DNA of 63,068 nucleotides, the filler included. It is 8 parts of 8 records of this genome, joined end to end, with 100 filler letters (N's around TTAATTAATTAA, not from the genome) between each part and the next. Parts side by side here need not be neighbours in the genome. Positions count along the whole stretch, not along the records: positions 57,731 to 63,068 come from SRR31147125_31688; 7 more parts are not named here. The stretch is one strand, 5' to 3'. The notes under the pieces were generated by a model that saw nothing but the letters and a program-made list of their open reading frames with translations, was not told the origin of the DNA and made no database searches. Shown here in pieces: positions 60,862 through 63,068 of this stretch. A program made the position numbers and the translations under genes. Positions within the stretch are counted from its first letter, which is position 1. Every line of letters starts with the position of its first letter.

Positions 60862-61677
60862 TCAAAATTCTAATTCTGCATCAATTGCTTCAAAAAATTT
60901 TCCAGGCTTCGGAACATAACTTTTCCAGCCTGTCCAATCAAATTCCTGCTCCATACTCTTCATAACAGAATTGCTGAAAAAACCTGCTAAGGGTATAAAA
61001 CTATTACCTTTTTTTCGTGGTGGAACAAGCGAATAAATAACTACAGGTTCGTCAAAATTATTTTTCACCGTAAAAGGGCTGATTTTTTCAAATGATTCCC
61101 AAAACTCTCTCCCAATAACAAATCCATCAATATTTACAAATTTATTCTCTTTAATATCTTGAATTAACTGTTTGCGATTTTTAATAATTTTTTTGTGAAT
61201 TGCCATCTGCGTAGTGAGATTTGCCATTAGTGCTTTATTAAAAAGCTCTATGGGATTTAGTATCGGCTCAAATAGTACCAACTTGTGTAAATCACCTACA
61301 TTTGCAGCAACACTCATCGCAACATTCGCCCCCAACCGGAGACCAACAAAAGAATATCTTTTTAAGTTGAAATTTTGTTGAAGGTATCGGATTACTATCT
61401 CAGCATCCTCAGTCATACTGGAATAATTCAGATCACTGCTTTCTCCTCCACTATTTCCATCACCAAAATAATCATATGTTATAACAGTAAAACCTTTATT
61501 ACTGAGACATCTGGCAAGATTGGAAAAAATTATATGCGTTCGAATCCTTTCCCCCCAAATAGGTTTAAATAAAACGATCCCATGGGAGCATCCCTGGTTC
61601 CCATCTGGAAGATACTCCACAGTGTATATGTGCTTTTCACGATCATGTAAAAAAAAATGCCGTTCTCTACTGTTCAT
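60862..61677 (-). CDS. Alpha/beta hydrolase resembling exosortase-A-associated hydrolase 2
   Basis: PIWGER, YDYFGDGNSGG, elbow VGLRLGA, LFEP, VNIDGF. ATG 61677 follows a GGAG RBS. Confidence 0.8.
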   Translation of the reverse strand: MNSRERHFFLHDREKHIYTVEYLPDGNQGCSHGIVLFKPIWGERIRTHIIFSNLARCLSNKGFTVITYDYFGDGNSGGESSDLNYSSMTEDAEIVIRYLQQNFNLKRYSFVGLRLGANVAMSVAANVGDLHKLVLFEPILNPIELFNKALMANLTTQMAIHKKIIKNRKQLIQDIKENKFVNIDGFVIGREFWESFEKISPFTVKNNFDEPVVIYSLVPPRKKGNSFIPLAGFFSNSVMKSMEQEFDWTGWKSYVPKPGKFFEAIDAELEF

Positions 61678-62602
61678 TTTTCTCCAAACCCGAATATCTA
61701 ATTGCACGGTTAATGAAATTAATAAACTTTTCCGCAGCCATAGAATTTCCCTGACTACTGGGATGGCTGTTTTTTCCACCAGCGCTTGGATACTCTGCCC
61801 AATTGGATTTCCCATAATCTGTTAGAATATTATAAAAATCGAACACTACCACATTCTTCATTGTATATTCAGCCAACCATCCTGATTTTTTATCCGCCAG
61901 CCAATTATTGAATGTTCTTGCTCGAACACCAATTTTTTTAGGACCTTTTTCAAAGGGGTTTAATAGTTTTTCTTTGAAATTTTTGATTTCTAATTTTAGA
62001 ATTGGCGGGGCAGTTACCGCAACAAATAGAGTGTTTGGGCGGTCTTTAAAAATGGGCAATAGAGAATTATATGCAGCTTTACAATTCCAAAGTGTTCTTT
62101 CTTTCGCATCAGGATCACCAGGGGGTGCACCATCGCCAACGATGAAATTGTTAGGGTAGCAGGATTTAAAAACAATGATTTGATTAACTCGGTTTTTTTC
62201 AAGCAATTCATCTTGAAGTTTTACTTTTAGAGCAAGATCCATCTTATCTCTAAACTTGGCATGCCAATGGTTAATGTCAGTATCCTGCCCCAATTTTGAG
62301 CCATAGGTTGCTTCATGCACATTGTAATTATTTTTTTTGAGAAGATTTCGCAAGCCACCGCCCGTTGGGTGTTTATTCCACAAACAGTATGCCCCAGATT
62401 TTTCTCCCTCATCAGCAAACAATGTTGCACCACATGAATGGTGAATAAAGAGGAGGTTCAAAGGTTTTTGTGGTTTTTGAAGAGAATACGAGGAAAGATC
62501 CAACCGCTGGACTGAATTACCGGGAGATGAACTGTTCCCACACCCGGCTAGTAGACCGACGAAAATAATCATTGTAGCTATACTTAAATAAATTTTTTTC
62601 AT
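61667..62602 (-). CDS. Hypothetical lipoprotein, possibly SGNH-like
   Basis: Lipobox LAGC; FIHHSCG, VFKSCYPN, VFDFYNIL, NSHPSSQGN. Confidence 0.7.
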   Translation of the reverse strand: MKKIYLSIATMIIFVGLLAGCGNSSSPGNSVQRLDLSSYSLQKPQKPLNLLFIHHSCGATLFADEGEKSGAYCLWNKHPTGGGLRNLLKKNNYNVHEATYGSKLGQDTDINHWHAKFRDKMDLALKVKLQDELLEKNRVNQIIVFKSCYPNNFIVGDGAPPGDPDAKERTLWNCKAAYNSLLPIFKDRPNTLFVAVTAPPILKLEIKNFKEKLLNPFEKGPKKIGVRARTFNNWLADKKSGWLAEYTMKNVVVFDFYNILTDYGKSNWAEYPSAGGKNSHPSSQGNSMAAEKFINFINRAIRYSGLEKNEQ

Positions 62603-62619
62603 CTTCGCCCCCCCCTAAG

Positions 62620-63068
62620 TCAACTAGCAACTTTACCAACCTTCTTGTTTCCAATAAACGATTCCACGATAATTCGCTCTAGATCCAAAGAGTATTCGAG
62701 CGGAGCAAGGTTGTAATCATCCGCGTAAATAAAACTCGGTTTCTCTTTATACAGATAATGATGCCAGACCGGAGAGAACTCGGTAATCAAAAATTCCTCG
62801 CCACTATGTATCAAATCAATGTTCAGCCAGGTGGAATTCAATTTTTTGGCCAACCGCGTGGAAAGATCCAAAGCGTCCTGAGGAATTTTACTCCAAACTC
62901 CAGTACCACCACCATCAATATTCATTTTCCACATTTCTTCATTGGCTTGTAACCGCCAATGCCCTTCAACCACCCGATCCTTGGCAACAACGGTTTTCAG
63001 ATCCCGGTCAATTTTTACGAAGCGCTGCGCAAGCAGTGGGGGTGAAAGGAAAAGATAGGGCATTCTTT
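62620..63068 (-). CDS. ATP-grasp (RimK-like) ligase, C-terminal fragment
   Basis: LAQRFV..DRDLKTVV, WKMNIDGGG, WLNIDLI, FLITEFSP. Confidence 0.75.
   Translation of the reverse strand, partial: RMPYLFLSPPLLAQRFVKIDRDLKTVVAKDRVVEGHWRLQANEEMWKMNIDGGGTGVWSKIPQDALDLSTRLAKKLNSTWLNIDLIHSGEEFLITEFSPVWHHYLYKEKPSFIYADDYNLAPLEYSLDLERIIVESFIGNKKVGKVAS

Noticed and set aside
61678..61815. N-terminal extension of hydrolase 2 given in the ORF track
   Set aside because: It lies inside the upstream lipoprotein gene. ATG 61677 has a GGAG RBS and fits the family start better.

Overview
The window is not one locus. It is eight unrelated metagenomic contigs joined by seven identical 100-nt spacers (N44-TTAATTAATTAA-N44). 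Taxonomic labels below are inferred from composition and protein style. (1) 1-8535, low-GC Bacillota/Clostridia type IV pilus cluster: pilC, major pilin, three minor pilins (two of them large and modular), pilT, pilM. (2) 8636-14305, Clostridia-like: ftsH fragment, ppk2, DUF937, class B sortase, pnp. (3) 14406-24384, Desulfobacterales-like: batA, batBC and batDE fusions, class IV aminotransferase, EI24 protein, bacterial cereblon, Arg-rich miniprotein, pepN. (4) 24485-30217, Bacteroidota-like: hypFCDE and a dicarboxylate/amino-acid symporter. (5) 30318-36921, Desulfobacterales-like: lepB, pyrB, pyrC, PilR-like regulator, degenerate GAF-GGDEF-PilZ protein. (6) 37022-46932, FCB/KSB1-like secreted carbohydrate-enzyme cluster. 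(7) 47033-57630, Bacteroidota tRNA-Leu and part of a polysaccharide utilisation locus (SusD, GH115-like, unknown, GH28, GH92, GH29). (8) 57731-63068, surface-modification-type locus: ATP-grasp protein, SGNH-like lipoprotein, paired alpha/beta hydrolases, PIG-L deacetylase. About ten genes are split at homopolymers, most likely by sequencing error. No CRISPR array, rRNA or transposase was seen. The best leads are a pilus tip set with a 972-aa lectin/Ig pilin plus a vWA pilin, a GH2-fold lipoprotein that appears to lack its nucleophile next to a divergent FAD-type protein, an unknown enzyme in the PUL, and two candidate c-di-GMP receptors. All family calls come from motif recognition by eye; no searches were run.
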